A DNA stretch of 64,000 nucleotides from Escherichia coli O157:H7 (GTDB taxonomy: Bacteria; Pseudomonadota; Gammaproteobacteria; Enterobacterales; Enterobacteriaceae), in assembly GCF_013167455.1 (NCBI RefSeq), contig NZ_CP038328.1; one strand, given 5' to 3'. Every line of letters begins with the position of its first letter. Positions within the stretch are counted from its first letter, which is position 1. The notes under the pieces are model-generated. The model made no database searches. It was not told where the DNA came from and saw only the letters and a program-made list of their open reading frames with translations. Positions 37,756 through 52,344 of the stretch are shown one piece after another. The translations under genes were made by a program, and so were the position numbers.

Positions 37756-37980
37756 TTAAGTAAACCTGTCTGAACAGGTTCTCTGGTCGTGTTTGTCTTT
37801 GTTGGGTACAAATTGAGAATATTTTTCATTAATTAATCTTCTTCTGCAGGCTTCAATAACCCACGCTGAAAAATTTCCTGAACCTTTCAGATCAAGAGCG
37901 ATGTTAATTTGTTCAATCATCTGGTTTGGAAATCGGATGTTGCGGGTTGTTGTTCTGCGGGTTCTGTTCTTTGATGACAT
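37756..37980 (-). CDS. YnfO/YlcI-like small prophage protein with putative ribbon-helix-helix motif
   Basis: MSSKNRTRRTTTRNIRFPNQMIEQINIALDLKGSGNFSAWVIEACRRRL...; position upstream of terminase as in Qin. Confidence 0.45.
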   Translation of the reverse strand: MSSKNRTRRTTTRNIRFPNQMIEQINIALDLKGSGNFSAWVIEACRRRLINEKYSQFVPNKDKHDQRTCSDRFT

Positions 37981-38169
37981 AATGTTGCCCCATATTCAGT
38001 GTTGCTGATTTGTATTATCTGAAGTTGCTTTTACGTTAATTTGATGCAGATCAATTAATACGATACCTGCGTCATAATTGATTATTTGACGTGGTTTGAT
38101 GGCGTAGATGCACGTTGTGACATGTAGATGATAATTATTATCATTTTGCGGGTCCTTTCCGGCGATCCG

Positions 38170-38350
38170 ACCGGTTACGGGGCGGCGACCTCGCGGGTTT
38201 TCGCTATTTATGAAAATTTTCCGGGGAAAATCATGTCGGTACTTCTCGAACATAACTATTTGTTTTTTCTAATATCGAATCCGTAAAGGTCCGACATGAA
38301 AACGCCTGAAAAAGTCATTTTCGGGCACTTTCATGTCGGACCCTGTATTT
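38170..38350. promoter_or_regulatory. cos site: lambda-identical cosN (12-nt end GGGCGGCGACCT at 38180-38191) plus a divergent cosB with three CATGTCGGAC-type sites
   Basis: ACGGGGCGGCGACCTCGCGGGTTTTCGCTATTTATGAAAATTTTCCGG matches recalled lambda cos; downstream sites at about 38236-38246, 38292-38305 (inverted) and 38331-38345. Confidence 0.8.
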
Positions 38351-38366
38351 GTTGTGAGACTGTTTC

Positions 38367-38886
38367 ATGAAGGTTAATAAAAAGAAACTTGCCGAAATTT
38401 TCAACGTGGATCCGCGAACGATTGAACGCTGGCAGTCTCAGGGGCTCCCTTGCGTCTCCGGAGGTGGTAAGGGCGTTGAATCTGTATTTGATACCGCCAC
38501 GGCAATTCAGTGGTATGCGCAGAGGGAAGCTGATATCGAAAATGAAAAACTCCGTAAAGAGGTTGAGGATTACAGGGCTGCCAGCGAGGCAGATCTCCAG
38601 CCTGGGACTATTGAGTACGAACGCCATCGACTTACGCGTGCGCAGGCTGACGCCCAGGAGCTGAAGAATGCCAGAGACTCCGCAGAAGTGGTGGAAACCG
38701 CATTCTGTACTTTCGTGCTGTCACGGATCGCAGGTGAAATTGCCAGTATTCTTGACGGGATCCCTCTCTCAGTACAGCGGCGTTTTCCGGAACTGGAAAA
38801 CCGACATGTTGATTTCCTGAAACGGGATATTATCAAAGCCATGAACAAAGCAGCCGCGCTGGATGAACTGATACCGGGGTTGCTGA

Positions 38887-38912
<26 letters not shown>
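38367..38912 (+). CDS. Nu1: Terminase small subunit Nu1
   Basis: [28 protein letters not shown]...; C-terminal two-thirds near-identical to lambda Nu1. Confidence 0.9.
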
Positions 38913-42593
<3,681 letters not shown>

Positions 42594-42613
<20 letters not shown>

Positions 42614-43913
42614 TCTCCCGCATATTGCCAGCATGGCTTTTAATGAGCCGCTGATGCTTGAACCCGCCTATGCGCGGGTTTTCTTTTGTGCGCTTGCAGG
42701 CCAGCTTGGGATCAGCCGCCTGACGGATGCAGTATCCGGCGACAGCCTGACTGCCGGAGAGGCACCCGCGGCGCTGGCGTTATCCGGTGATGATGACGGA
42801 CCACGACAGGCCCGGAGTTATCAGGTCATGAACGGCATCGCCGTGCTGCCGGTGTCCGGTACGCTGGTCAGCCGGACGCGGGCGCTGCAGCCGTATTCGG
42901 GAATGACCGGTTACAACGGCATTATCGCCCGTCTGCAACAGGCTGCCAGCGATCCGATGGTGGACGGCATTCTGCTCGATATGGACACACCGGGCGGGAT
43001 GGTGGCGGGAGCATTTGACTGTGCTGACATCATCGCCCGTGTGCGAGACATAAAACCGGTATGGGCGCTGGCCAACGACATGAACTGCAGTGCAGGTCAG
43101 CTGCTTGCCAGCGCCGCCTCCCGGCGTCTGGTCACGCAGACCGCCCGGACAGGCTCCATCGGCGTCATGATGGCTCACAGTAATTACGGTGCTGCCCTGG
43201 AGAAACAGGGCGTGGAAATCACGCTGATTTACAGCGGCAGCCATAAGGTGGATGGCAACCCCTACAGCCATCTACCGGGTGATGTCCGGGAAACACTGCA
43301 GTCCCGGATGGATGCAACCCGCCGGATGTTTGCGCAGAAGGTGTCGGCATATACCGGCCTGTCCGTGCAGGCTGTGCTGGATACCGAGGCTGCAGTGTAC
43401 AGCGGTCAGGAGGCCATTGATGCCGGACTGGCTGATGAACTTGTCAACAGCACCGATGCGATCACCGTTATGCGTGATGCACTGGATGCACGTAAATCCC
43501 GTCTCTCAGGAGGGCGAATGACCAAAGAGACTCAATCAACAACTGTTTCAGCCACTGCTTCGCAGGCTGACGTTACTGGCGTGGTGCCAGCGACGGAGGG
43601 CGAAAACGCCAGCGCGGCGCAGCCGGACGTGAACGCGCAGATCACCGCTGCGGTTGCGGCAGAAAACAGCCGCATTATGGGGATCCTCAACTGTGAGGAG
43701 GCTCACGGACGCGAAGAACAGGCCCGCGTGCTGGCAGAAACCCCCGGTATGACCGTGGAAACGGCCCGCCGCATTCTGGCCGCAGCACCACAGAGTGCAC
43801 AGGCGCGCAGTGATACTGCGCTGGATCGTCTGATGCAGGGGGCACCGGCACCGCTGGCTGCAGGTAACCCGGCATCTGATGCCGTTAACGATTTGCTGAA
43901 CACACCAGTGTAA
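42594..43913 (+). CDS. C: Head protease/scaffold gpC (Nu3 scaffold encoded in-frame within its 3' part)
   Basis: GTG start; VTAELRNLPHIASMAFNEPLMLEPAYARVFF..., lambda C. Confidence 0.9.
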
Positions 43914-43922
43914 GGGATGTTT

Positions 43923-44255
43923 ATGACGAGCAAAGAAACCTTTACCCATTACCAGCCGCTGGGCAACAGTGACCCGGCTCATACCGCAACCGCGCCCGGC
44001 GGATTGAGTGCGAAAGCGCCTGCAATGACCCCGCTGATGCTGGACACCTCCAGCCGTAAGCTGGTTGCGTGGGATGGCACCACCGACGGTGCTGCCGTTG
44101 GCATTCTTGCGGTTGCTGCTGACCAGACCAGCACCACGCTGACGTTCTACAAGTCCGGCACGTTCCGTTATGAGGATGTGCTCTGGCCGGAGGCTGCCAG
44201 CGACGAGACGAAAAAACGGACCGCGTTTGCCGGAACGGCAATCAGCATCGTTTAA
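43923..44255 (+). CDS. D: Head decoration protein gpD
   Basis: [27 protein letters not shown]..., lambda D. Confidence 0.9.
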   Translation: MTSKETFTHYQPLGNSDPAHTATAPGGLSAKAPAMTPLMLDTSSRKLVAWDGTTDGAAVGILAVAADQTSTTLTFYKSGTFRYEDVLWPEAASDETKKRTAFAGTAISIV

Positions 44256-44310
44256 CCTGACCCTTCATCACTAAAGGCCGCCTGTGCGGCTTTTTTTACG
44301 GGATTTTTTT

Positions 44311-45336
44311 ATGTCGATGTACACAACCGCCCAACTGCTGGCGGCAAATGAGCAGAAATTTAAGTTTGATCCGCTGTTTCTGCGTCTCTTTTTCCGTGAG
44401 AGCTATCCCTTCACCACGGAGAAAGTCTATCTCTCACAAATTCCGGGACTGGTAAACATGGCGCTGTACGTTTCGCCGATTGTTTCTGGTGAGGTTATCC
44501 GTTCCCGTGGCGGCTCCACCTCTGAATTTACGCCGGGATATGTCAAGCCGAAGCATGAAGTGAATCCGCAGATGACCCTGCGTCGCCTGCCGGATGAAGA
44601 TCCGCAGAATCTGGCGGACCCGGCTTACCGCCGCCGTCGCATCATCATGCAGAACATGCGTGACGAAGAGCTGGCCATTGCTCAGGTCGAAGAGATGCAG
44701 GCAGTTTCTGCCGTGCTCAAGGGCAAATACACCATGACCGGTGAAGCCTTCGATCCGGTTGAGGTGGATATGGGCCGCAGTGCGGCGAACAACATCACGC
44801 AGTCCGGCGGCACGGAGTGGAGCAAGCGTGACAAGTCCACGTATGACCCGACCGACGATATCGAAGCCTACGCGCTGAACGCCAGCGGCGTGGTGAATAT
44901 CATCGTGTTTGACCCGAAAGGCTGGGCGCTGTTCCGTTCCTTCAAAGCCGTCAGGGAGAAGCTGGATACCCGTCGCGGCTCTCATTCCGAACTGGAGACA
45001 GCGGTAAAAGACCTGGGCAAAGCGGTGTCTTATAAGGGAATGTATGGCGATGTGGCCATCGTCGTGTATTCCGGACAGTACGTGGAAAACGGCGTCAAAA
45101 AGAACTTCCTGCCGGACAACACGATGGTGCTGGGGAACACTCAGGCACGCGGTCTGCGCACCTATGGCTGCATTCAGGATGCGGACGCACAGCGCGAAGG
45201 CATTAACGCCTCTGCCCGTTACCCGAAAAACTGGGTGACCACCGGCGATCCGGCGCGTGAGTTCACCATGATTCAGTCAGCACCGCTGATGCTGCTGGCT
45301 GACCCTGATGAGTTCGTGTCCGTACAACTGGCGTAA
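44311..45336 (+). CDS. E: Major capsid protein gpE
   Basis: MSMYTTAQLLAANEQKFKFDPLFLRLFFRESYPF..., lambda E. Confidence 0.95.
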   Translation: MSMYTTAQLLAANEQKFKFDPLFLRLFFRESYPFTTEKVYLSQIPGLVNMALYVSPIVSGEVIRSRGGSTSEFTPGYVKPKHEVNPQMTLRRLPDEDPQNLADPAYRRRRIIMQNMRDEELAIAQVEEMQAVSAVLKGKYTMTGEAFDPVEVDMGRSAANNITQSGGTEWSKRDKSTYDPTDDIEAYALNASGVVNIIVFDPKGWALFRSFKAVREKLDTRRGSHSELETAVKDLGKAVSYKGMYGDVAIVVYSGQYVENGVKKNFLPDNTMVLGNTQARGLRTYGCIQDADAQREGINASARYPKNWVTTGDPAREFTMIQSAPLMLLADPDEFVSVQLA

Positions 45337-45377
45337 TCATGGCCCTTCGGGGCCATTGTTTTTCTGTGGAGGAGTCC

Positions 45378-45776
45378 ATGACGAAAGATGAACTGATTGC
45401 CCGTCTCCGCTCGCTGGGTGAACAACTGAACCGTGATGTCAGCCTGACGGGGACGAAAGAAGAACTGGCGCTCCGTGTGGCAGAGCTGGAAGAGGAGCTT
45501 GATGACACGGATGAAACTGCCGGTCAGGACACCCCTCTCAGCCGGGAAAATGTGCTGACCGGACATGAAAATGAGGTGGGATCAGCGCAGCCGGATACCG
45601 TGATTCTGGATACGTCTGAACTGGTCACGGTCGTGGCACTGGTGAAGCTGCATACTGATGCACTTCACGTCACGCGGGATGAACCTGTGGCATTTGTGCT
45701 GCCGGGAACGGCGTTTCGTGTCTCTGCCGGTGTGGCAGCCGAAATGACAGAGCGCGGCCTGGCCAGAATGCAATAA
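45378..45776 (+). CDS. FI: DNA packaging protein gpFI
   Basis: MTKDELIARLRSLGEQLNRDVSLTGTKEELALRVAELEEE..., lambda FI. Confidence 0.9.
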   Translation: MTKDELIARLRSLGEQLNRDVSLTGTKEELALRVAELEEELDDTDETAGQDTPLSRENVLTGHENEVGSAQPDTVILDTSELVTVVALVKLHTDALHVTRDEPVAFVLPGTAFRVSAGVAAEMTERGLARMQ

Positions 45777-45787
45777 CGGGAGGCGCT

Positions 45788-46141
45788 GTGGCTGATTTCG
45801 ATAACCTGTTCGATGCTGCCATTGCCCGCGCCGATGAAACGATACGGGGGTACATGGGAACGTCAGCCACCATGACATCCGGTGAGCGGTCCGGCGCAGT
45901 AATACGTGGTGTTTTTGATGACCCTGAAAATATCAGCTATGCCGGACAGGGCGTGCGCGTTGAAGGCTCCAGCCCGTCCCTGTTTGTCCGGACTGATGAT
46001 GTGCGGCAACTGCGGCGTGGTGACACGCTGACCATTAACGGCGAGATGTTCTGGGTGGACCGTGTTTCTCCGGATGACGGAGGGAGTTGTTATCTCTGGC
46101 TCAACCGTGGGCAACCACCGGCAGTTAACCGGCGACGATAA
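45788..46141 (+). CDS. FII: Head-tail connector gpFII
   Basis: GTG start; ADFDNLFDAAIARADETIRGYMG..., lambda FII. Confidence 0.9.
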   Translation: MADFDNLFDAAIARADETIRGYMGTSATMTSGERSGAVIRGVFDDPENISYAGQGVRVEGSSPSLFVRTDDVRQLRRGDTLTINGEMFWVDRVSPDDGGSCYLWLNRGQPPAVNRRR

Positions 46142-46155
46142 ACGCAGGGTGAATT

Positions 46156-46689
46156 ATGGCGATAAAAGGGCTTGATCAGGCGATTGAAAATCTGAGCCGG
46201 GTTCGTAAAAACGCCATTCCGGCGGCTTCAGCAATGGCCATTAACCGCGTGGCCACAACGGCGATTAATCAGTCTTCATCACAGGTTGCCCGGGAGACAA
46301 AGGTACGCCGGAAACTGGTAAAGGAACGGTCCAGACTGAAACGGGCCACGGTCAGAAATCCGAATGCCAGAATTATCGTTAAACGCGGTGATCTCCCTGT
46401 GATTAAGCTGGGGATCAGGATGCTGGGCCGTCGTCCGGACAGCATACTTAAAGCTGGTCAGCATCGGTATCAGCGGGCATTTATCCAGCGATTAAAAAAT
46501 GGTCGCTGGCATGTCATGCAGCGTGTGGCCGGGAAAAACCGTTACCCCATTGATGTGGTGAAAATCCCGATGGCGGCCCCACTGAAACAGGCGTTTGATG
46601 AGAATATTGACCGTATCCGGCGTGAACGTCTGCCCGGAGAACTGGCATACGCGCTGAAACAACAACTTAGGATTGCGATAAAACGATGA
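46156..46689 (+). CDS. Z: Tail completion protein gpZ
   Basis: MAIKGLDQAIENLSRVRKNAIPAASAMAINRVA..., lambda Z. Confidence 0.9.
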   Translation: MAIKGLDQAIENLSRVRKNAIPAASAMAINRVATTAINQSSSQVARETKVRRKLVKERSRLKRATVRNPNARIIVKRGDLPVIKLGIRMLGRRPDSILKAGQHRYQRAFIQRLKNGRWHVMQRVAGKNRYPIDVVKIPMAAPLKQAFDENIDRIRRERLPGELAYALKQQLRIAIKR

Positions 46690-47081
46690 AACATACTGAT
46701 ATCCGTGCGGCAGTGCTGGATGCACTGGAGCTGCATGAACACGGGGCGACGCTGTTTGATGGTCGCCCCGTTGTTTTTGACGAAGAGGATTTTCCGGCCG
46801 TCGCGGTTTATCTGACGGATGCAGAGTATACCGGTGAAGAGCTGGATGCAGATACCTGGCGGGCCACACTGCATATTGAGGTGTTTTTACCGGCACAGGT
46901 ACCGGATTCGGAGCTTGATCAGTGGATGGAAAGCCGGATTTATCCGGCGGTGACTGCGATCCCGGCACTGGCAGACCTGATTACGACGATGGTTACGCAG
47001 GGCTATGAGTATCGTCGTGATGACGATATGGCGTTATGGAGTTCTGCGGATCTGACTTATTCCATTACATACGAGATGTGA
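46686..47081 (+). CDS. U: Tail terminator gpU
   Basis: [43 protein letters not shown]..., lambda U. Confidence 0.9.
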   Translation: MKHTDIRAAVLDALELHEHGATLFDGRPVVFDEEDFPAVAVYLTDAEYTGEELDADTWRATLHIEVFLPAQVPDSELDQWMESRIYPAVTAIPALADLITTMVTQGYEYRRDDDMALWSSADLTYSITYEM

Positions 47082-47088
47082 GGACGAT

Positions 47089-47841
47089 ATGGCAACACCA
47101 AATCCCCTTGAGCCGGTAAAAGGTGCCGGTACCACTCTGTGGGTTTACAACGGCAAGGGTGATGCTTATGCAAACCCGTTGTCAGACGATGACTGGCAGC
47201 GACTGGCTAAGGTGAAGGATCTGACGCCGGGCGAGATGACGGCAGAACCCTACGATGATAACTACCTGGATGATGAAGACGCGGACTGGACCGCGACCGG
47301 GCAGGGGCAGAAGTCTGCAGGAGATACCAGTTTTACGCTGGCCTGGAAACCGGGAGAAGAAGGTCAGAAAGGGCTTATAGGCTGGTTTGAAAGCGGGGAT
47401 GTGCGGGCCTATAAAATCCGTTTCCCAAATGGCACGGTGGATGTGTTCCGTGGCTGGGTCAGCAGTATCGGTAAGGCCGTGACGGCGAAAGAAGTGATCA
47501 CCCGCACGGTGAAAGTCACTAACGTGGGCAAACCTTCCGTGGCGGAAGAACGCAGCGAAATTACGCCGGCCACTGCAATTAAGGTGACACCGACATCCGG
47601 TACGGTGGCAAAAGGGAAAACAACCACCCTGACTGTTTCTTTTGAGCCGGAAAGTGCAACCGACAAGACGTTCAGAGCGGTTTCCGCCGATCCGTCGAAA
47701 GCCACCATTAGTGTGAAAGATATGACAATTACGGTAAACGGCGTGGCGACAGGTAAGGTGCAGATCCCTGTGGTGAGCGGAAATGGTCAGTTCGCCGCAG
47801 TGGCTGAAGTCACCGTTACTGAAGCGGGCGCTGCAGGGTAA
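47089..47841 (+). CDS. V: Major tail tube protein gpV (C-terminal Ig-like domain)
   Basis: 250 aa lambda V-like, ...[32 protein letters not shown].... Confidence 0.9.
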   Translation: MATPNPLEPVKGAGTTLWVYNGKGDAYANPLSDDDWQRLAKVKDLTPGEMTAEPYDDNYLDDEDADWTATGQGQKSAGDTSFTLAWKPGEEGQKGLIGWFESGDVRAYKIRFPNGTVDVFRGWVSSIGKAVTAKEVITRTVKVTNVGKPSVAEERSEITPATAIKVTPTSGTVAKGKTTTLTVSFEPESATDKTFRAVSADPSKATISVKDMTITVNGVATGKVQIPVVSGNGQFAAVAEVTVTEAGAAG

Positions 47842-47854
47842 ACGGAGGTAATAC

Positions 47855-48277
47855 ATGTTTCTGAAAACAGAACAATTTGAATATAACGGTGTGTCCGTCA
47901 CGCTTTCCGAATTGTCTGCGCTGCAGCGGTTTGATTATATAAAGTTTGTTTCAGACGCAGAACAACAGGAGACAACGAAGCATGATGTCGTGCACATTAA
48001 CCAGCGATATCTGGAAACGGCATCCCTGCTTGTGGCGATGTCGCTATGGCATTCCCATTCCCTCAAAGGCACTCTGGCCTCTCCGGAGACAGAGATGCAG
48101 CAGATCCGCCGTGAAGTGATGCTGGGATGGCCTGCTGATGCACTGAATCAGGCAACGAACCGGGTGCTTTATCTTTCAGGTATGCTGGATAACCGGCACG
48201 ATGCCGATCCTGAACAAACCGGTAAAGCAGAAGCGACTGAGTCGGTAACATCAAAAAAGCATTCGAAGGCGAGCTGA
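47855..48277 (+). CDS. G: Tail assembly chaperone gpG
   Basis: MFLKTEQFEYNGVSVTLSELSALQRF..., lambda G. Confidence 0.9.
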   Translation: MFLKTEQFEYNGVSVTLSELSALQRFDYIKFVSDAEQQETTKHDVVHINQRYLETASLLVAMSLWHSHSLKGTLASPETEMQQIRREVMLGWPADALNQATNRVLYLSGMLDNRHDADPEQTGKAEATESVTSKKHSKAS

Positions 48278-48717
48278 ACTTTGTCCTGAAACTGGCGCGA
48301 GAGATGGGGAGACCCGACTGGCGCGCCATGCTTGCCGGGATGACATCCACCGAATATGCCGACTGGCGACGTTTTTACTGCACGCATTATTTTCAGGATA
48401 CCCAACTGGACGCTCATTTTTCCGGGCTGATGTACGCCGTACTCAGCCTGTTTTTTGGCGATCCGGATATGCATCCGGCGGATTTCAGTCTGCTTGCTCC
48501 AGCGTGTGAGGAAGAGCAGACGGAGATGCCGGACGAGGAAGAAATGCTGATGCAGAAAGCGACAGGAGTTGCCGGAGGCGTCCGGTTCGGAGGGGACGGA
48601 GGGCGCGATATTTCACCTTCTGCGGATGTGGTGGATGTCAGCGAGGATGATGTTGCATTAATGATGGCTTCAGCGGGGATTTCCGGAGGTGTGAGATATG
48701 TCCCAGCCAGCGGGTGA
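48253..48717 (+). CDS. T: gpT segment of the G-T fusion, reached by -1 programmed frameshift at A AAA AAG (48253-48259)
   Basis: Heptamer A_AAA_AAG lies in the G zero frame 6 codons before the G stop; the -1 frame is open from there to 48717 (...MGRPDWRAMLAGMTSTEYADWRRFY...), lambda T-like. Confidence 0.8.
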   Translation, partial: KKAFEGELNFVLKLAREMGRPDWRAMLAGMTSTEYADWRRFYCTHYFQDTQLDAHFSGLMYAVLSLFFGDPDMHPADFSLLAPACEEEQTEMPDEEEMLMQKATGVAGGVRFGGDGGRDISPSADVVDVSEDDVALMMASAGISGGVRYVPASG

Positions 48718-51310
48718 TCTGGTTATTGATTTGAGTCTGGATGCGGCCCGGTTTGATGAACAGATGGCCCGGGTACGCCGTCATTTTTCCAGTCTGGAGG
48801 CGGATGCCAGAAAAACCGCCAGTACTGTTGAACAGGGGCTGAGCCGACAGGCGCTGGCGGCACAAAAAGCCGGGATATCAGTCGGACAGTATAAGGCTGC
48901 CATGCGCACACTGCCCGCACAGTTCACGGATATTGTCACTCAGCTTGCCGGTGGTCAGAATCCCTTCCTTATCATGCTGCAGCAGGGGGGGCAGATCAGC
49001 GATTCATTCGGTGGACCGCTCAGCCTGCTTACCCTGCTGAAGGAGGAACTTCTCGGGATCAGGGATGCCTCTGAATCATCAGAGGAGTCGCTGTCAGATA
49101 CGGCAAATGCACTGGCTGAAAATGCCCGGAATGCCGGTGAGCTGGGACGATTTATGTCGGTGGCCCGTGTGGCGGCAGGTGGCGGGGTTGCCGTACTGGC
49201 CGCGCTTGCTGCCGCCGCCTGGCAGGCAGAGCAGGCTGACCGGGCCTTATTGCGTTCACTGATCCTGACCGGAGGGGCGGCTGCCACCACAACGGCAGAA
49301 TTGTGGAAAATGGCCGGGGTGATCAGCGATGAAGCCGGTGGTGGTATCAGACAGGCGGCAGAAAATCTGGCCCGTCTGGCAGAAAGCGGGAAATATACCG
49401 CCGGGCAGCTACGGATCATGGGGGAAACCTCTCAGAGATGGCTGCAGACGGTGGGGGACGATGCCGGGAAGGTGGAAAAAGCCTTTGAAGGGATTGCAGC
49501 AGATCCGGTGAAGGCGCTGGCCTCCCTGAATCAGCAGTATAACTTCCTGAGCGTTTCCCAGTTACGCCATATTGATGAGCTTGAGCGCACGAAAGGTAAA
49601 CAGGTTGCGGTGACGGAGGCGATGTCCCTGTTTGCGGATGTCATGAATGCACGTCTGGAGCAACTTGATAAAGCGGCCACGCCGGTGGAAAAAATCTGGG
49701 ACGATGTTAAAACCTGGACTTCTGACGCATGGGCATGGATAGGTGATCATACACTGGGGGCACTCAGTCTGATCACTGACGTGGTGGCCGGAACCGTTGA
49801 ACAAGTGAAGCTGCTGCTTGTGCAGGGGGATCTGGCGCTGGCTGAATTTATTCAGTCAGCCTGGGAAACGACAAAGAATGTGCCCGGCGTTGGTGCGTTG
49901 TTTGGTGAACTGGCAGAAGAGAACCGCGTATTTATTGAGAAAACAAAACGCGATGAACTGGCGCTGAGAAAATCCATTGCGGAACGGGATGCGCGTATAC
50001 GCCAGGGGGAAATGGGGTACATCAACCGCTCGCGTGCAACAGGCGTCAGCAAAGGTCCGGGGCAGCAGGAAGCCGTCAGCCGTCTGGCTGAAGAGCTGAC
50101 AGGTAAAAAGCATACATCACCGAAAACGCGCTCTGCCGGGGAGAGGGAAGAGGAGCAGGCAAGAGAGGCTCTGCTTGCCCTTGAAGCTGAGCTCAGGACG
50201 CTGGAAAAACACAGCGGTGCGAATGAGAAAATCAGCCGGCAGCGCCGTGATTTATGGAAGGCGGAAAGTCAGTATGCGGTCCTGAAAGAGGCTGCCACGA
50301 AACGACAGTTATCTGAGCAGGAAAAATCCCTGCTGGCGCATAAAGACGAGACGCTGGAGTACAAACGCCAGCTGGCTGAGCTGGGCGACAAGGTTGAATA
50401 CCAGAAACGCCTGAATGAGCTGGCACAGCAGGCGGTGCGGTTTGAAGAGCAGCAGAGCGCGAAGCAGGCCGCCATCAGCGCAAAAGCCCGCGGTCTCACT
50501 GACCGTCAGGCGCAGCGGGAGTCTGAAGCGCAGCGTCTTCGGGACGTGTACGGTGATAATCCGGCTGCGCTGGCGAAGGCCACATCGGCACTGAAGAACA
50601 CCAGGTCTGCGGAGGAGCAGCTTCGTGGAAGCTGGATGGCCGGGCTGAAGTCCGGCTGGGGCGAGTGGGCGGAAAGTGCGACGGACAGTTTTTCGCAGGT
50701 TAAAAGTGCTGCCACGCAGACCTTTGACGGTATTGCACAGAATATGGCGGCGATGCTGACCGGTGCAGAGGCAGACTGGCGGGGATTCACCCGTTCGGTG
50801 CTGTCCATGATGACAGAAATCCTGCTTAAACAGGCCATGGTGGGCATTGTCGGGCGTATCGGCAGCGCCATTGGCGGTGCTTTCGGTGGTGGTGCATCTG
50901 CTTCCTCGGGGACGGCCATTCAGGCTGCGGCGGCGAACTTCCATTTCGCGACCGGAGGATTTACGGGGACGGGCGGCAAATATGAGCCTGCGGGGATAGT
51001 TCACCGCGGGGAGTTTGTTTTCACGAAAGAGGCAACCAGCCGGATAGGTGTGGGGAATCTTTACCGTCTGATGCGCGGCTATGCGGAAGGTGGTTATGTG
51101 GGTGGTGCCGGAAGTCCGGCGCAGATGCGGCGGGCGGAAGGTATTAATTTTAATCAGAACAATCACGTGGTGATTCAGAACGACGGCACCAACGGACAGG
51201 CGGGGCCGCAGCTGATGAAGGCGGTGTATGACATGGCCCGCAAGGGGGCGCAGGATGAGCTCCGGCTGCAGTTGCGTGATGGCGGTATGTTATCGGGGAG
51301 CGGGCGATGA
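48698..51310 (+). CDS. H: Tape measure protein gpH
   Basis: 870 aa; N- and C-terminal regions near-identical to lambda H, central region divergent. Confidence 0.9.
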   Translation: MSQPAGDLVIDLSLDAARFDEQMARVRRHFSSLEADARKTASTVEQGLSRQALAAQKAGISVGQYKAAMRTLPAQFTDIVTQLAGGQNPFLIMLQQGGQISDSFGGPLSLLTLLKEELLGIRDASESSEESLSDTANALAENARNAGELGRFMSVARVAAGGGVAVLAALAAAAWQAEQADRALLRSLILTGGAAATTTAELWKMAGVISDEAGGGIRQAAENLARLAESGKYTAGQLRIMGETSQRWLQTVGDDAGKVEKAFEGIAADPVKALASLNQQYNFLSVSQLRHIDELERTKGKQVAVTEAMSLFADVMNARLEQLDKAATPVEKIWDDVKTWTSDAWAWIGDHTLGALSLITDVVAGTVEQVKLLLVQGDLALAEFIQSAWETTKNVPGVGALFGELAEENRVFIEKTKRDELALRKSIAERDARIRQGEMGYINRSRATGVSKGPGQQEAVSRLAEELTGKKHTSPKTRSAGEREEEQAREALLALEAELRTLEKHSGANEKISRQRRDLWKAESQYAVLKEAATKRQLSEQEKSLLAHKDETLEYKRQLAELGDKVEYQKRLNELAQQAVRFEEQQSAKQAAISAKARGLTDRQAQRESEAQRLRDVYGDNPAALAKATSALKNTRSAEEQLRGSWMAGLKSGWGEWAESATDSFSQVKSAATQTFDGIAQNMAAMLTGAEADWRGFTRSVLSMMTEILLKQAMVGIVGRIGSAIGGAFGGGASASSGTAIQAAAANFHFATGGFTGTGGKYEPAGIVHRGEFVFTKEATSRIGVGNLYRLMRGYAEGGYVGGAGSPAQMRRAEGINFNQNNHVVIQNDGTNGQAGPQLMKAVYDMARKGAQDELRLQLRDGGMLSGSGR

Positions 51311-51636
51311 AAACCTTTCGCTGGAAAGTGAAGCCGGATATGGAGGTGAACTCGCAGCCATCGGTGCGTGAAGTGCGTTTTGGTGACGGGTACTCACAGC
51401 GTATGGCGGCAGGGCTGAATGCTGACCTGAAAACATACCGTGTGACGCTTTCCGTGACCCGGGAGGAGGCCCGGCATCTGGAAGCGTTCCTGGCAGAGCA
51501 CGGAGGCTGGAAGGCATTTTTGTGGAAGCCACCCTATGCATACCGGCAGATAAAGGTGACCTGTGCCGGGTGGTCTGCGCGGGTCGGGATGTTGCGCGTT
51601 GAGTTCAGCGCGGAGTTTAAGCAGGTGGTGAACTGA
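51307..51636 (+). CDS. M: Tail tip protein gpM
   Basis: MKTFRWKVKPDMEVNSQPSVREVRFGDGYSQR..., lambda M. Confidence 0.9.
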   Translation: MKTFRWKVKPDMEVNSQPSVREVRFGDGYSQRMAAGLNADLKTYRVTLSVTREEARHLEAFLAEHGGWKAFLWKPPYAYRQIKVTCAGWSARVGMLRVEFSAEFKQVVN

Positions 51637-52334
51637 TGCAGGATATTCACGAAGAAAGTCTGAACGAGTCGGTTAAATCAGAGCAGTCACCGCGGGTGGT
51701 ACTCTGGGAAATCGACCTGACGGCGCAGGGCGGTGAGCGGTATTTTTTCTGCAATGAGCTGAATGAAAAAGGGGAGGCGGTTACCTGGCAGGGGCGGCAA
51801 TATCAGGCATACCCGATTGACGGCAGTGGCTTTGAGATGAACGGGAAGGGCAGCAGTGCCAGACCGTCGCTGACGGTGTCGAATCTGTTTGGTCTGGTCA
51901 CCGGGATGGCGGAGGACCTGCAGAGCCTGGTGGGGGCCACGGTGGTCCGCCGCCGGGTGTATGCCCGTTTTCTGGATGCGGTGAATTTTGTGGCAGGCAA
52001 TCCTGAGGCAGACCCTGAGCAGGAGCTGACGGACCGGTGGGTGGTGGAGCAGATGTCATCGCTGACGGCCATGACGGCCTCGTTTGTGCTGGCGACACCG
52101 ACGGAGACGGACGGAGCGCTGTTTCCCGGTCGCATTATGCTGGCGAATACCTGTATGTGGACCTACCGCTCTGATGAGTGTGGTTACACGGGCGGGGCAG
52201 TGGCGGATGAGTTCGACAACCCCACCACGGATATCCGTAAGGACAGATGCAGCAAGTGCATGCGCGGGTGTGAGATGCGCAGCATGGTGGCTAATTTTGG
52301 CGGTTTCCTTTCCATTAATAAACTTTCGCAGTAA
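51636..52334 (+). CDS. L: Tail tip protein gpL
   Basis: 232 aa lambda L-like with C-terminal cysteine cluster. Confidence 0.9.
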   Translation: MQDIHEESLNESVKSEQSPRVVLWEIDLTAQGGERYFFCNELNEKGEAVTWQGRQYQAYPIDGSGFEMNGKGSSARPSLTVSNLFGLVTGMAEDLQSLVGATVVRRRVYARFLDAVNFVAGNPEADPEQELTDRWVVEQMSSLTAMTASFVLATPTETDGALFPGRIMLANTCMWTYRSDECGYTGGAVADEFDNPTTDIRKDRCSKCMRGCEMRSMVANFGGFLSINKLSQ

Positions 52335-52344
52335 ATCCCGGTTT

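Noticed and set aside
37996-38253. 85-aa minus-strand ORF
   Set aside because: It overlaps the cos site and the AT-rich cos-proximal region, has no convincing RBS and an implausible composition; likely spurious.
50309-51166. 285-aa and 137-aa minus-strand ORFs inside the tape measure gene
   Set aside because: Antisense to a near-lambda-identical gpH; composition is Arg/Pro-rich low complexity typical of antisense ORFs in GC-rich coding DNA.
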